NCBI GenBank assembly: GCA_035286705.1
Contig: DATECW010000030.1
Span: forward strand, 1 to 63,864
DNA from: Bacteroidota bacterium
GTDB lineage: Bacteria > Bacteroidota > Ignavibacteria > UBA10030
Length of the DNA stretch: 63,864 nt
Direction of reading: 5' to 3'
In this document: one piece after another, positions 48,773 to 57,735 of the stretch
Position numbering within the stretch: position 1 is the first letter of the stretch
How the letters are laid out: the number at the start of each line of letters is the position of its first letter
The notes under the pieces: model-generated
Told to the model about the DNA's origin: nothing
Seen by the model: the letters and a program-made list of their open reading frames with translations, nothing else
The model's database searches: none
Program-made: the position numbers and the translations under genes

Positions 48773-49477
48773 CTATTCCGCCAGGGCAAGAGATGCAGCA
48801 ATGACCCGCTCAAATCCTGCTTTGTGAAGCGCTTCTCCGCAGGCAACGATCGTCGCACCTGTTGTGACGACATCGTCCACGAGAATGCAGGTTCCACCCA
48901 AAGGAACATGCGAGCTTTCAGGAATCGCGAACGCATCCTCGACATTCTTCTTCCTCTGCTCCTGATCAAGCTTGGTTTGTGTCTGCGTGTATCTGCTGCG
49001 CCGAAGAATGTCGGTGCGAACCGGAATACCCGTCACATCGGAAATCCCCCGGGCGATCATGTCCGCCTGATTGAATCCGCGTTCTCTCATTTTTACGCGA
49101 TGAAGCGGAACCGGCACGAGACACTCCGCCTTCATTCCGGATTTCTGAAAAACATTACCCAATTCGCGTCCCATCAATCGGCCGATCGATTTGAATCCGT
49201 CATATTTCAATGCATGGGCAAGTGCCTGAAAAACACCCTCTTTTTCAAAGAGAAACACAGATATGAGCCCGGCAATGACCTCGGATTCGACAAGACGGTC
49301 GCGGGTCTGACAAAAAAGAGGATGTGCGGAATGCAGCCTCGGAATGGAATTCCAGCAAGAAGTGCAAACGTGACGTTCCGTGTCTAAAAGAAGATTGCTG
49401 CACGCCAGACAGGTTGGAGGAAAGATGAAGTCGAGGAATGGTTTGAGTGTCCCCCGCACTGCATTCGTAAGATCCAC
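48773..49477 (-). CDS. comF: ComF-family phosphoribosyltransferase-domain protein
   Basis: N-terminal Cys pairs (PPTCLACS...CTSC). PRTase loop ILVDDVVTTGATI. GTG start at 49477. Confidence 0.8.
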   Translation of the reverse strand: MDLTNAVRGTLKPFLDFIFPPTCLACSNLLLDTERHVCTSCWNSIPRLHSAHPLFCQTRDRLVESEVIAGLISVFLFEKEGVFQALAHALKYDGFKSIGRLMGRELGNVFQKSGMKAECLVPVPLHRVKMRERGFNQADMIARGISDVTGIPVRTDILRRSRYTQTQTKLDQEQRKKNVEDAFAIPESSHVPLGGTCILVDDVVTTGATIVACGEALHKAGFERVIAASLALAE

Positions 49478-49487
49478 TGGTTCCCCC

Positions 49488-49677
49488 CATGAAGTAGTGG
49501 AGTAGATGAGTAGTTGAGTATCTACAACCCGGATTGCTAATCTACTGATTTATTGATTTGTTGATGTTGATTCTTTCATCGTTCCTGTACTATTCATTTT
49601 TGACTTCTGACTTCTGACTTCTGACTTCTGACCTCTGACTTCTGACCTCTGACCTCTGACTTCTGACCTCTGACCTC
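49488..49677. repeat. three successive phased repeat blocks: GAGTA-type 8-mers, TGATT-type 8-mers, then 11 x TGACYTC heptamers
   Basis: GAGTA-type cores at 49492, 49500, 49508 and 49516. TGATT cores at 49546, 49554 and 49562. Heptamers at 49601-49677 are exact in phase (4 x TGACTTC, then a mixed TGACCTC/TGACTTC run). Confidence 0.95.
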
Positions 49678-49681
49678 TGTC

Positions 49682-51721
49682 TCACCTCTTCCCCTCCAGC
49701 CTCTCAATCTCATCCCTCAATTCAGCTGCTCGTTCAAACTCGAGGTCTTTTGCAGCCCGTTTCATTTCCGTTCGCAGTTCCTCGAGCAGGTCATTCTTCT
49801 GATCTTTTGTGAGATACTTTACCACGGTGTCGGACACCATGGCCGGCCGACGTTCCCTGCGCGCGTCCCTCTGTGCTTTCACATCGGCAACCGCGGTGGC
49901 CGCCAACACTTCCTCCACGCTTTTGTAGATCGTTTCAGGCGTTATTCCATGATCCTGATTGTACTGAAGCTGTTTTTCGCGGCGCCGATTTGTTACTTCA
50001 ATCATCCGTTGCATCGATCCCGTCAGCGTATCGGCGTAGAGGATCACTTTTCCGTTCACGTTCCTTGCTGTCCGTCCCGCCGTCTGGATGAGCGAACGCT
50101 CTGAACGAAGAAATCCCTCCTTGTCGGCATCAATAATTGCAACGAGCGAAACCTCGGGAAGATCCAATCCTTCCCGAAGGAGATTCACTCCCACGAGTAC
50201 GTCAAACTCGCCGAGACGAAGGTCCCTGAGTGTCTCAACGCGTTCAAGCGCGTCAACTTCGGAATGGATGTATCGTACCTTGATTCCGATCTCCAGGAGA
50301 TACTCCGTCAGGTCTTCTGCCATCCGCTTTGTCAGCGTCGTCACCAGCACGCGTTCTTTTCTTTTCGCGCGGTCGCGGATTTCCGCAATGAGGTCATCGA
50401 TCTGGTTTTTGCTTTTTCGAATCTCCACTGCCGGATCGACCAATCCCGTGGGGCGAATGACCTGTTCCACCACGACTCCCTTGCTTTTCTTGAGCTCGTA
50501 ATCGCCCGGCGTTGCGCTGACATAGAGCACCTGGTTGACCATCGATTCCCATTCTTCAAATTTCAGGGGGCGATTGTCAAGAGCGGAGGGAAGTCGAAAA
50601 CCGTACTCGACAAGCGTCTCTTTCCTTGACCGGTCTCCATGATACATGGCACCGATCTGAGGAACCGTCACGTGGGATTCATCGATGATTGTCAGAAAAT
50701 CGTCGGAAAAATAGTCCAGGAGGCAGTAGGGACGGGACCCGGGGGGTCTTCCGGAAAGATGGCGCGCATAGTTCTCGATGCCCTGGCAATAGCCGACTTC
50801 ACGAAGCATTTCGAGGTCGAAACGAGTTCGCTGTTCGAGCCGTTGCGCCTCGAGGAGTTTCCCCAATGATCGCAATTCCTCAAGCCGCTCCCTCAATTCA
50901 GTCTGGATGGAACCCATCGATCGTTCGATCGTTTCTCGCGAAGTAACAAACTGTTTGGCAGGATAGATTACTTCATACTCTGTTTCCGCCAGGATTGCTC
51001 CGTCGGTTTTGTTGATGAGAGAAATCCGATCGATCTCATCGCCGAAGAACTCGATCCGCAGAGCTTCCTCGTTTTCAGAACCGGGGATAATTTCCACAAC
51101 GTCCCCCCTGACCCGGAACGAGCCCCGGGTGAACTCATAGTCGTTTCGAACATAGAGCAGATCCAGAAGCCTTTTCAGAATCGCGTTGCGCGTAATCTTT
51201 TCCCCCTTCTTCACCACGAGCGTTTGCCCGATCCATTCCTCCGGCGCGCCGATGCCGTAAATGCAGCTGACCGATGCAACGACGATCACGTGAGGATCGC
51301 CGCTCAGAAGAGCGCTCGTGGCACGGAGTCTCAGCCGGTCGATTTCATCGTTGATCGAAGCATCTTTTGCAATATAGGTATCTGAGGTCGGGACGTATGC
51401 TTCCGGCTGGTAGTAATCGTAATAGCTGATGAAGAACTCCACCCTGTTTTTCGGAAAGAACCCTTTGAATTCCGCATAGAGTTGGGCAGCGAGGGTCTTG
51501 TTGTGCGACATCACCAGCACTGGCTTGTCAAGAGTTGCAAGCACGTTGGAAACGGTGAAGGTTTTTCCGCTTCCCGTCACGCCGAGAAGAGTCTGATGCC
51601 GGTCGCCCCGTTTCAGACCCTCGATGAGTTCGCGAATAGCCGTCGGCTGGTCGCCGCTTGGTTTGTAATCTGATATGAGTTGGTAAGGCAATGTGGTTTG
51701 TCCGACGGCTTCCCGCGTCAT
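49682..51721 (-). CDS. uvrB: excinuclease ABC subunit B
   Basis: ...[10 protein letters not shown]..., DESHVT, helicase motifs, and the C-terminal UVR domain ...[13 protein letters not shown]. Confidence 0.97.
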   Translation of the reverse strand: MTREAVGQTTLPYQLISDYKPSGDQPTAIRELIEGLKRGDRHQTLLGVTGSGKTFTVSNVLATLDKPVLVMSHNKTLAAQLYAEFKGFFPKNRVEFFISYYDYYQPEAYVPTSDTYIAKDASINDEIDRLRLRATSALLSGDPHVIVVASVSCIYGIGAPEEWIGQTLVVKKGEKITRNAILKRLLDLLYVRNDYEFTRGSFRVRGDVVEIIPGSENEEALRIEFFGDEIDRISLINKTDGAILAETEYEVIYPAKQFVTSRETIERSMGSIQTELRERLEELRSLGKLLEAQRLEQRTRFDLEMLREVGYCQGIENYARHLSGRPPGSRPYCLLDYFSDDFLTIIDESHVTVPQIGAMYHGDRSRKETLVEYGFRLPSALDNRPLKFEEWESMVNQVLYVSATPGDYELKKSKGVVVEQVIRPTGLVDPAVEIRKSKNQIDDLIAEIRDRAKRKERVLVTTLTKRMAEDLTEYLLEIGIKVRYIHSEVDALERVETLRDLRLGEFDVLVGVNLLREGLDLPEVSLVAIIDADKEGFLRSERSLIQTAGRTARNVNGKVILYADTLTGSMQRMIEVTNRRREKQLQYNQDHGITPETIYKSVEEVLAATAVADVKAQRDARRERRPAMVSDTVVKYLTKDQKNDLLEELRTEMKRAAKDLEFERAAELRDEIERLEGKR

Positions 51722-51789
51722 CCCCGCGAAAGCGGGGAAAGCGGGAACGGCGGTCAGCTTTCAGTTTTTCAGTTGTCAGGTTTCAGTCG

Positions 51790-52518
51790 TCAGGTTCCAG
51801 GAGGTTTCTGTCCTGGGGGTCTGGGGGGCTGAACCGGCTGCGCAGGTCTTGGCTGTTGGATCGGAGCCTGAGGCGGCCTCGGTTGTGGAGGAACGCCCTG
51901 GGGAGGTTTCGGGACCGGGGGAACCGTTTGTGCAGGCTTGGGTTGTTGAGGTGCCGCAGGAGCAGTCCGAGGGGCGGCCTCAACCGCAGCAGGGGGATGC
52001 ACAGCGGCCGGCGGTGTCGCCTGAGGGGCCGCCGCAGGGGAAGGTTGAGCTTGCTGTTGAGCCGGGGCTTGTTCCTCCGGCGCCTGACTCCTGGCAATGA
52101 ACAAGAATGCATCCGAAACGAACTCCGCTGCGTTGGTTACAAACGAATCCGGAATGCCTTTCTTGAACTGGTCGAACATGAACGGATTTCCACCCGCGGA
52201 AATACTGGAGTTTGGATTGATCACGATCGACCGCGTTGCACCGGAGCATGACAGATTCACTTTGGTCTTCACATTGGGGAAGATCGCGTCGATGACCGGT
52301 TCGATCACCACGGGATGCCCCATGACTTTCATAGAGCCCACGTCCTGACACTCGACGTCGACGTTTTGACTCTTCATGAAGTTGAGGGCCTCCAGCACGA
52401 CTTTCTGCGTGATGACCGAGACCTCGGTGGCAATTCCGCGCATTCGTTCCCGTTCATTGACGAACTTCGTCCACTCCTTGACAGCATTCATCAGCATGGT
52501 TTTCGACGCTTCGTTCAT
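51790..52518 (-). CDS. hypothetical protein: ~140-aa globular N-terminal part plus ~100-aa Pro/Ala/Gln-rich tail
   Basis: ORF 51790..52752 trimmed to the ATG at 52518, after GGAGGAG. The upstream NEPTNGR-repeat part is judged non-coding repeat DNA. The tail reads ...APQQPKPAQTVPPVPKPPQGVPPQPRPPQAPIQQPRPAQPVQPPRPPGQKPPGT. Confidence 0.55.
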   Translation of the reverse strand: MNEASKTMLMNAVKEWTKFVNERERMRGIATEVSVITQKVVLEALNFMKSQNVDVECQDVGSMKVMGHPVVIEPVIDAIFPNVKTKVNLSCSGATRSIVINPNSSISAGGNPFMFDQFKKGIPDSFVTNAAEFVSDAFLFIARSQAPEEQAPAQQQAQPSPAAAPQATPPAAVHPPAAVEAAPRTAPAAPQQPKPAQTVPPVPKPPQGVPPQPRPPQAPIQQPRPAQPVQPPRPPGQKPPGT

Positions 52519-52577
52519 GACTCCTCCGATGGTCGTGTTTTCCAATATACGGGATGGCGGGATTTGATTCAAGGGTT

Positions 52578-52740
52578 GGAGTATTTGAGTAGTTGAGTGA
52601 ATGAGCAAGGAACGAGCCAACGATCGTTCTTTCGTTGGTTCGTTGTTTCGTCCATTCGTTGGTTCGTTGTTTCGTCCATTCGTTGGTTCGTTGTTTCGTC
52701 CATTCGTTGGTTCGTTGTTTCGTCCATTCGTTGGTTCGTA
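52578..52740. repeat. phased repeat block in a divergent spacer: GAGTA-type 8-mers, then AACGA 8-mers, a symmetry point (CGATCG), then about 4.7 x 24-bp units (3 x 8 bp, TTCGT core)
   Basis: Cores at 52579, 52587, 52595, 52603, 52611 and 52619. 24-mers cattcgttggttcgttgtttcgtc at 52653, 52677 and 52701, with a variant at 52629 and a partial unit at 52725. Confidence 0.95.
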
Positions 52741-52776
52741 ATTGCGTTCCACACAATCCTTTCGTACGTTTTGCCC

Positions 52777-53112
52777 GTGAATCGACTTCTCCTTATCCTC
52801 TTTTGTTGCGCCACCATGACGGGGTGGTCTTGCGGGGATCGCAATGACTACACCCCGACGGAAGCAGACAAGCGCATCATCCGCGCTTATGCATCTCTTG
52901 CACTCCTCTACGACTCCTTCCCTTCAACCCAAGCACAAGACAGCGTAGCCATCTACGGTCGTAAGGCTGATTCTGTCCTTACCGAGTTTGGCCTTTCCCG
53001 CGATGAATTCCGCAGGGAGTTCGAGAACCTGATCAATACACCGGAACGCTTTCAGCCGTTGTTTCAGGAACTTTCGTCGGAAATCCAGAAGGAAATGCAA
53101 AAAAGGCGTTAG
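52777..53112 (+). CDS. small lipoprotein, unknown function
   Basis: ORF 52597..53112 trimmed to the GTG at 52777 (VNRLLLILFCCATMTGWSCGD lipobox). The upstream part is repeat DNA. Confidence 0.5.
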   Translation: MNRLLLILFCCATMTGWSCGDRNDYTPTEADKRIIRAYASLALLYDSFPSTQAQDSVAIYGRKADSVLTEFGLSRDEFRREFENLINTPERFQPLFQELSSEIQKEMQKRR

Positions 53113-53170
53113 CTGCGCTGTGCACACGGTTGTTTCCACCTGAAATCACTGAACACACGAGGACATTACT

Positions 53171-53914
53171 ATGGAATGGTTGTGGGATCCCCAGATATGG
53201 ATTGCCTTGCTGACTTTGACAACCCTCGAGGTTGTCCTCGGCATCGACAATATTATCTTCATCACCATCCTTTCGGAAAAACTGCCTCCCTCACAGCAGC
53301 AGCGTGGAAGGACAGTCGGGCTTTCGCTTGCGATGTTCATGCGGATTGGTCTGTTGTTCTCAATCACCCTGATTATGAGGCTTGTTGAACCGTGGTTCCA
53401 GATTGTGGGGCAGGAGATTTCGGGGCGGGATGTTATTCTTATTGCGGGTGGACTGTTTTTACTCGCCAAATCAACATTCGAGATTCACGGAAGTCTTGAG
53501 GGGAGCGGAGAGCACGGTACCACAACCAGAAAATCCTCTTCGTTCGCCAGCGTGATCGTCCAGATTTTGCTGCTGGACATCGTCTTCTCCCTGGATTCGG
53601 TGATCACGGCGGTGGGGATGACGAATCAGTTGGGGGTCATGATCACGGCAGTCGTCATTGCCGTCATCCTCATGCTTGTCTTTGTGAAATCCGTCAGCAC
53701 GTTTGTGCAGGAGCATCCAACGATCAAGATGCTGGCGCTCAGTTTTCTTCTTCTTATTGGTGTCTCACTCATTGCTGAAGGATTTGACCAGCATATCTCG
53801 AAGGGATACATCTATTTTTCAATGGGATTCTCGGTCTTCGTTGAAATGCTGAACCTCCGGCTACGGAGGAAGGCCGCCGCTCCGGTGCAGCTGAGGTCTC
53901 CGTCGATCAAATAG
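53171..53914 (+). CDS. TerC-family integral membrane protein
   Basis: ...TLEVVLGIDNIIFI... and ...LLDIVFSLDSVITAVGM..., the paired TerC signature repeats. Confidence 0.85.
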   Translation: MEWLWDPQIWIALLTLTTLEVVLGIDNIIFITILSEKLPPSQQQRGRTVGLSLAMFMRIGLLFSITLIMRLVEPWFQIVGQEISGRDVILIAGGLFLLAKSTFEIHGSLEGSGEHGTTTRKSSSFASVIVQILLLDIVFSLDSVITAVGMTNQLGVMITAVVIAVILMLVFVKSVSTFVQEHPTIKMLALSFLLLIGVSLIAEGFDQHISKGYIYFSMGFSVFVEMLNLRLRRKAAAPVQLRSPSIK

Positions 53915-53948
53915 CGACATCCTCTTTCCAGCAGAAGAGGCCTTGTTA

Positions 53949-54017
53949 AACCACCGCAAGGAACACAAAGTATCACAACCGTTATTCACCCTTTGTGCGC
54001 TTAGTGTCTTCGTGGTT
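53949..54017. repeat. imperfect palindromic intergenic element (CACAAAG / CTTTGTG arms)
   Basis: AACCACCGCAAGGAACACAAAG ... CTTTGTGCGCTTAGTGTCTTCGTGGTT. Confidence 0.7.
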
Positions 54018-54130
54018 CGTTTTTCCCCGAGCCATGATGAGTTTTTCTCATCGTTGAAAGTATCTCAGAAATGCTCTACATTGGTCTACTGCTGTCCCAC
54101 CTCACCCAACTTCTCTCAGGAGTATTCTCA

Positions 54131-56821
54131 ATGAAACGGTCATCGTTGTGCGTCTTTCTCATTCTTTCTCTGGGTCTCGTATTTCCTGTCTTGGCTCAGC
54201 TGCCTCCTCTGATTGACCGGGAAATCTTTTTCGGCGACCCGGAAATTTCGGGTGCCAAGATCTCGCCGAACGGCAAGCACATCACCTTCATGAAGCCGCT
54301 CAATAACATCCGGAATATATGGATCAAGGAGCGCGGGGAAAGCTTCGAACAGGCACGCCCACTCACCGCTGATTCCACGCGGCCGGTTCCGGGATATTTC
54401 TGGTCGCAAGATTCCCGCACCGTGCTCTTCGTTCAGGACAAAGGAGGCGATGAGAACTATCGGGTGTATGCGGTCGATCCAACGGTCCCCGGGTCCCCGG
54501 TTCCTCCTGCGCGGGATCTGACTCCTCTTGAAAAGGTCCGAGCTATGATCATCGATGTCCCCAAGGACACTCCGGACGAGATCATTGTCGGCCTCAATGA
54601 CCGGAATCCCCAGCTGCACGATGTATATCGGCTCAACCTGACGACCGGTGAGCGAATATTGATTCGAAAGAACGAGGAGAACGTTGCCGGTTGGACGACA
54701 GACCTGAAGGGGAATCTCCGGCTTGGTATCCGTCAAACATCGGACGGGGGGACAGAGATCCTGAATCTCGATGGAAACAAACTCACCTCCATTTATTCGG
54801 TCTCTTCAGTCGAGTCGGCCTCACCGCTGCGGTTTCTGCCGGATGGGAAGAGTTTCTATTTGATCACGAACAAGGGGAAGAATCTCGACAAGACCGAGTT
54901 GCAGTTGTTCGATTTAAAGACCGGGAAAACGAAATCCATTGAGCGCGACCCGAAGAACGAAGTGGATTTCGGCGGTGCAATCTTTTCCGATCTCACGAAC
55001 GAACTGCTGGCAACGTACTATCTCGGAGATCGCGTTCGTATTTATCCCAAACAAAAACAGTTCGCGAATGATTACGAGACCATGAAGAAGGCACTTCCTG
55101 AAGGCGAACTGGGCCTTGTTTCGCTCACCGAAGACGAAAACACATGGCTGGTCTCCGTGTCCCGCGACGTTGACCCGGGTTCTGTATATGTATTCGACAG
55201 AAAGACCGGCAAGGCGGAGCTCCTGTATCGTTCGCGCCCCAACCTTCCAATCGAGCATCTTGCTCCCATGAAACCGGTTCGCTACAAGGCACGCGATGGT
55301 ATGACCATCCCCGCCTATCTCACGCTTCCGAAAGGGACGCCCGGAAAAAACCTCCCTACAGTGATGTTCATTCATGGCGGGCCGTGGGGAAGGGACACCT
55401 GGGGTTACAACAGCATCGCGCAATTTCTCGCCAACCGCGGGTACGCAGTCCTCATGCCAAACTTCAGGGGATCGGCAGGATACGGCAAGAAGTTCCTGAA
55501 CGCCGGCAACAAGGAGTGGGGAACCGGCTCGATGCAGCATGACATCACAGACGGAGTCCGCTACCTGATCAAGGATGGTATTGCCGACGCCAAGAAGATC
55601 GCCATTAGCGGGGGATCCTACGGCGGCTATGCAACACTTGCGGGACTCGCTTTCACACCTGATGTGTATGCAGCAGGATTCGACATCGTCGGGCCCTCGA
55701 ATATCATCACGCTGCTCAATTCCATTCCTCCCTACTGGGCTCCGATCAAGAAAATCTTTTCTGTGAGAGTTGGGGATCTCGAAAACCCGAAGGATGTCGA
55801 GATGTTGAAGAAACAATCACCGCTCAATTCCGCAACGAAGATCACAGCACCCCTCTTTGTAGTCCAGGGAGCGAACGATCCGAGGGTCAACAAAGCCGAA
55901 TCGGATCAAATTGTGGTTGCGCTTCGTGATCTGGGCCGGCAGGTCGAGTACATGGTTGCTCCCGATGAAGGACACGGATTTGCGGGAAAGGAAAACCGGC
56001 TGGCAATGTTTACCGCCATGGAACAGTTCTTCGTCAAACACCTGAAGGGCCGTGTGCAGGAATCGGTTTCACCCGCAGTTCAGGAAAAACTCAAGGCCAT
56101 CACGGTCGATATTACGACGGTCACCCTGCCGAAACGGGAACCAACAGAATCATCTCCATCGGCGATGTCACTCTTTGACGGCGCGAAGCTCCAAGCGACG
56201 ACTTCAACGTTCTCAACAAAGCTCTCAATGATGGGCCAGGAACTGAACCTCTCCAGCACGCGCACCGTGGCCATGTCGATGCATGCGGGCAAGCCCATTT
56301 GGAGGGTCATTGAGCAGGCTTCAGGGCCGATGGGATCCATCGCCGACACCACCGATCTCGACGCAAAGACCCTGCTCCCCGTTCGGCGCGCCGCCTCGCA
56401 GGGAGGTGGCACACTCATCCTCGCGTTCACGCCAGATTCAGTCAGCGGGACGATCGCAGGAGGCGGGATGGAAATGCCTGTCAGCATCAAGATTGACAAA
56501 CCCGTTCTTTCGGACGGAGCAGGCTCAGAGCTCGCGCTCAGCACCCTCCCTCTTGTCGAAGGATACAAGGCCTCGATTTATGCTGTGGATATCATGAAGG
56601 GAAAAGCGAAGGAAATGTCACTGCATGTGACGGGAGCCGAGACGATCACGGTGGCTGCCGGAACATTCCAGACTTTCAAGGTGGAGCTCCAGTCAGTCGA
56701 CGAGAGCGGGGCGGGTGTGACGATCTGGTTCCACCGCGATGATCGCCGCACGATCAAGGTTGAGACCAAGCTTCCGGCCCAAATGGGCGGAGGCGTATCA
56801 ACAACGGAACTCGTGAAGTAA
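54131..56821 (+). CDS. S9-family serine peptidase (prolyl oligopeptidase/dipeptidyl aminopeptidase type) with an extra ~250-aa C-terminal domain
   Basis: ATG at 54131. Signal peptide. N-terminal propeller. GGSYGGY nucleophile, ...QGANDPRV... and PDEGHGF. About 250 aa lie beyond the normal end of the hydrolase domain. Confidence 0.85.
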   Translation: MKRSSLCVFLILSLGLVFPVLAQLPPLIDREIFFGDPEISGAKISPNGKHITFMKPLNNIRNIWIKERGESFEQARPLTADSTRPVPGYFWSQDSRTVLFVQDKGGDENYRVYAVDPTVPGSPVPPARDLTPLEKVRAMIIDVPKDTPDEIIVGLNDRNPQLHDVYRLNLTTGERILIRKNEENVAGWTTDLKGNLRLGIRQTSDGGTEILNLDGNKLTSIYSVSSVESASPLRFLPDGKSFYLITNKGKNLDKTELQLFDLKTGKTKSIERDPKNEVDFGGAIFSDLTNELLATYYLGDRVRIYPKQKQFANDYETMKKALPEGELGLVSLTEDENTWLVSVSRDVDPGSVYVFDRKTGKAELLYRSRPNLPIEHLAPMKPVRYKARDGMTIPAYLTLPKGTPGKNLPTVMFIHGGPWGRDTWGYNSIAQFLANRGYAVLMPNFRGSAGYGKKFLNAGNKEWGTGSMQHDITDGVRYLIKDGIADAKKIAISGGSYGGYATLAGLAFTPDVYAAGFDIVGPSNIITLLNSIPPYWAPIKKIFSVRVGDLENPKDVEMLKKQSPLNSATKITAPLFVVQGANDPRVNKAESDQIVVALRDLGRQVEYMVAPDEGHGFAGKENRLAMFTAMEQFFVKHLKGRVQESVSPAVQEKLKAITVDITTVTLPKREPTESSPSAMSLFDGAKLQATTSTFSTKLSMMGQELNLSSTRTVAMSMHAGKPIWRVIEQASGPMGSIADTTDLDAKTLLPVRRAASQGGGTLILAFTPDSVSGTIAGGGMEMPVSIKIDKPVLSDGAGSELALSTLPLVEGYKASIYAVDIMKGKAKEMSLHVTGAETITVAAGTFQTFKVELQSVDESGAGVTIWFHRDDRRTIKVETKLPAQMGGGVSTTELVK

Positions 56822-56838
56822 CAGTCTCTCCAAAGAGG

Positions 56839-56875
56839 AAAGGTGCCTTCGCTGGTGCGAGTGCACCTTTTTTAT
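56839..56875. terminator. hairpin plus T-run between convergent genes
   Basis: AAAGGTGC-16 nt-GCACCTTT followed by TTTTAT. Confidence 0.6.
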
Positions 56876-57252
56876 TGTAGTGAATTCTCTCTGTACGTCT
56901 CTTCCAGATAATACCTGCGGAGTTGTCTGCCGAGATACCCGACCACGAGGGCAATCACTCCGATATCATCGAGATACCCTACGAACGGAGCGACATCGGG
57001 AATGGAATCGAGTGGGATGATGAAATACAGGAGCGCGCCGGCTGCAAGAGCTTTCTTTCCCCAGTGGACCTCAGGGTCACTCATGAACCGGAAGAGAGCC
57101 AGCACATCCGCCACCAGGCCCAGCCTCCTGTTGACCTTCGTCAGTTTTCCCGGAAGGTTTTCACTGACGTAGGCCGCCTTCTCCCTGAATTCCGATTCAT
57201 CCTGGATGGAGAACTCATCACCAAGAGGTTGGTTCGGTCCGGCTTTCTTCAC
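56872..57252 (-). CDS. DUF1232 (YkvA-family) membrane protein
   Basis: LLYFIIPLDSIPDVAPFVGYLDDIGVIALV signature. GTG start overlaps the upstream stop (GTGA). Confidence 0.75.
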   Translation of the reverse strand: MKKAGPNQPLGDEFSIQDESEFREKAAYVSENLPGKLTKVNRRLGLVADVLALFRFMSDPEVHWGKKALAAGALLYFIIPLDSIPDVAPFVGYLDDIGVIALVVGYLGRQLRRYYLEETYRENSLQ

Positions 57253-57728
57253 TCATCCACCTGCACATCGAATTGCACGATATCATAGGCCATCTTGGTG
57301 TCCAACGCTGCGAAGACAATCCCGAGGAACACCGAGATCATACCAGCCAAAAAGACAACGATGACCAGTGTGTCAAGACGCATCCCTCCGATGAAGAAAT
57401 CTGCGCCGATGAGGAGCGACGTTACAATGAACAAAGCGACGGCAGCAATATAGCACATGAGTGAGTTTCTCACCTGAATGGCTCTCTTCAATAATCTTGC
57501 GAGCTGGCGGGCAATGCTCTCGATTCTCTGACTTTCTTCGAATGTCAATCCCTTGTCTCCCGCGCGAACCCGCAGTTTCCGTTTTTCTTCATTCAATGAT
57601 CGAATTCTACTCAGGACCGTCGAGAATTTTGAATTGATGCCCAGCATGAGCAATCCGCATGCGCTGATCATGACCGCCGGCGCGAGAATCAGCTGGATAG
57701 CTTCGATGACTGAAATGCTTTGTGGCAT
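57249..57728 (-). CDS. DUF2721-like membrane protein
   Basis: ORF trimmed to the ATG at 57728. ...LILAPAVMISACGLLMLGINSKFSTVLSRIRSL.EE... then two more TM helices. Family name from recall. Confidence 0.65.
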   Translation of the reverse strand: MPQSISVIEAIQLILAPAVMISACGLLMLGINSKFSTVLSRIRSLNEEKRKLRVRAGDKGLTFEESQRIESIARQLARLLKRAIQVRNSLMCYIAAVALFIVTSLLIGADFFIGGMRLDTLVIVVFLAGMISVFLGIVFAALDTKMAYDIVQFDVQVDE

Positions 57729-57735
57729 TGGTACC

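Noticed and set aside
49601-49677. Tandem arrays (also 6863-6918 and 52629-52740) considered as possible CRISPR arrays
   Set aside because: The units are 7, 8 or 24 bp and directly adjacent, with no unique spacers. There are no cas genes in the window. They are simple tandem repeats.
52454-52847. ORFs 52454-52756(-), 52569-52844(-), 52635-52847(+) and the N-terminal parts of 51790-52752(-) and 52597-53112(+), encoding NEPTNGRN / QRTNEWTK / SIRWFVVS repeats
   Set aside because: They are all readings of the same 24-bp DNA repeat in several frames and on both strands. Both flanking genes have better starts outside the array (SD-ATG at 52518; GTG plus lipobox at 52777).
53113-53170. A yybP-ykoY (Mn2+) riboswitch, as is often found upstream of TerC-family genes
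   Set aside because: The spacer is only 58 nt and shows none of the paired conserved helices. It is too short for that riboswitch.
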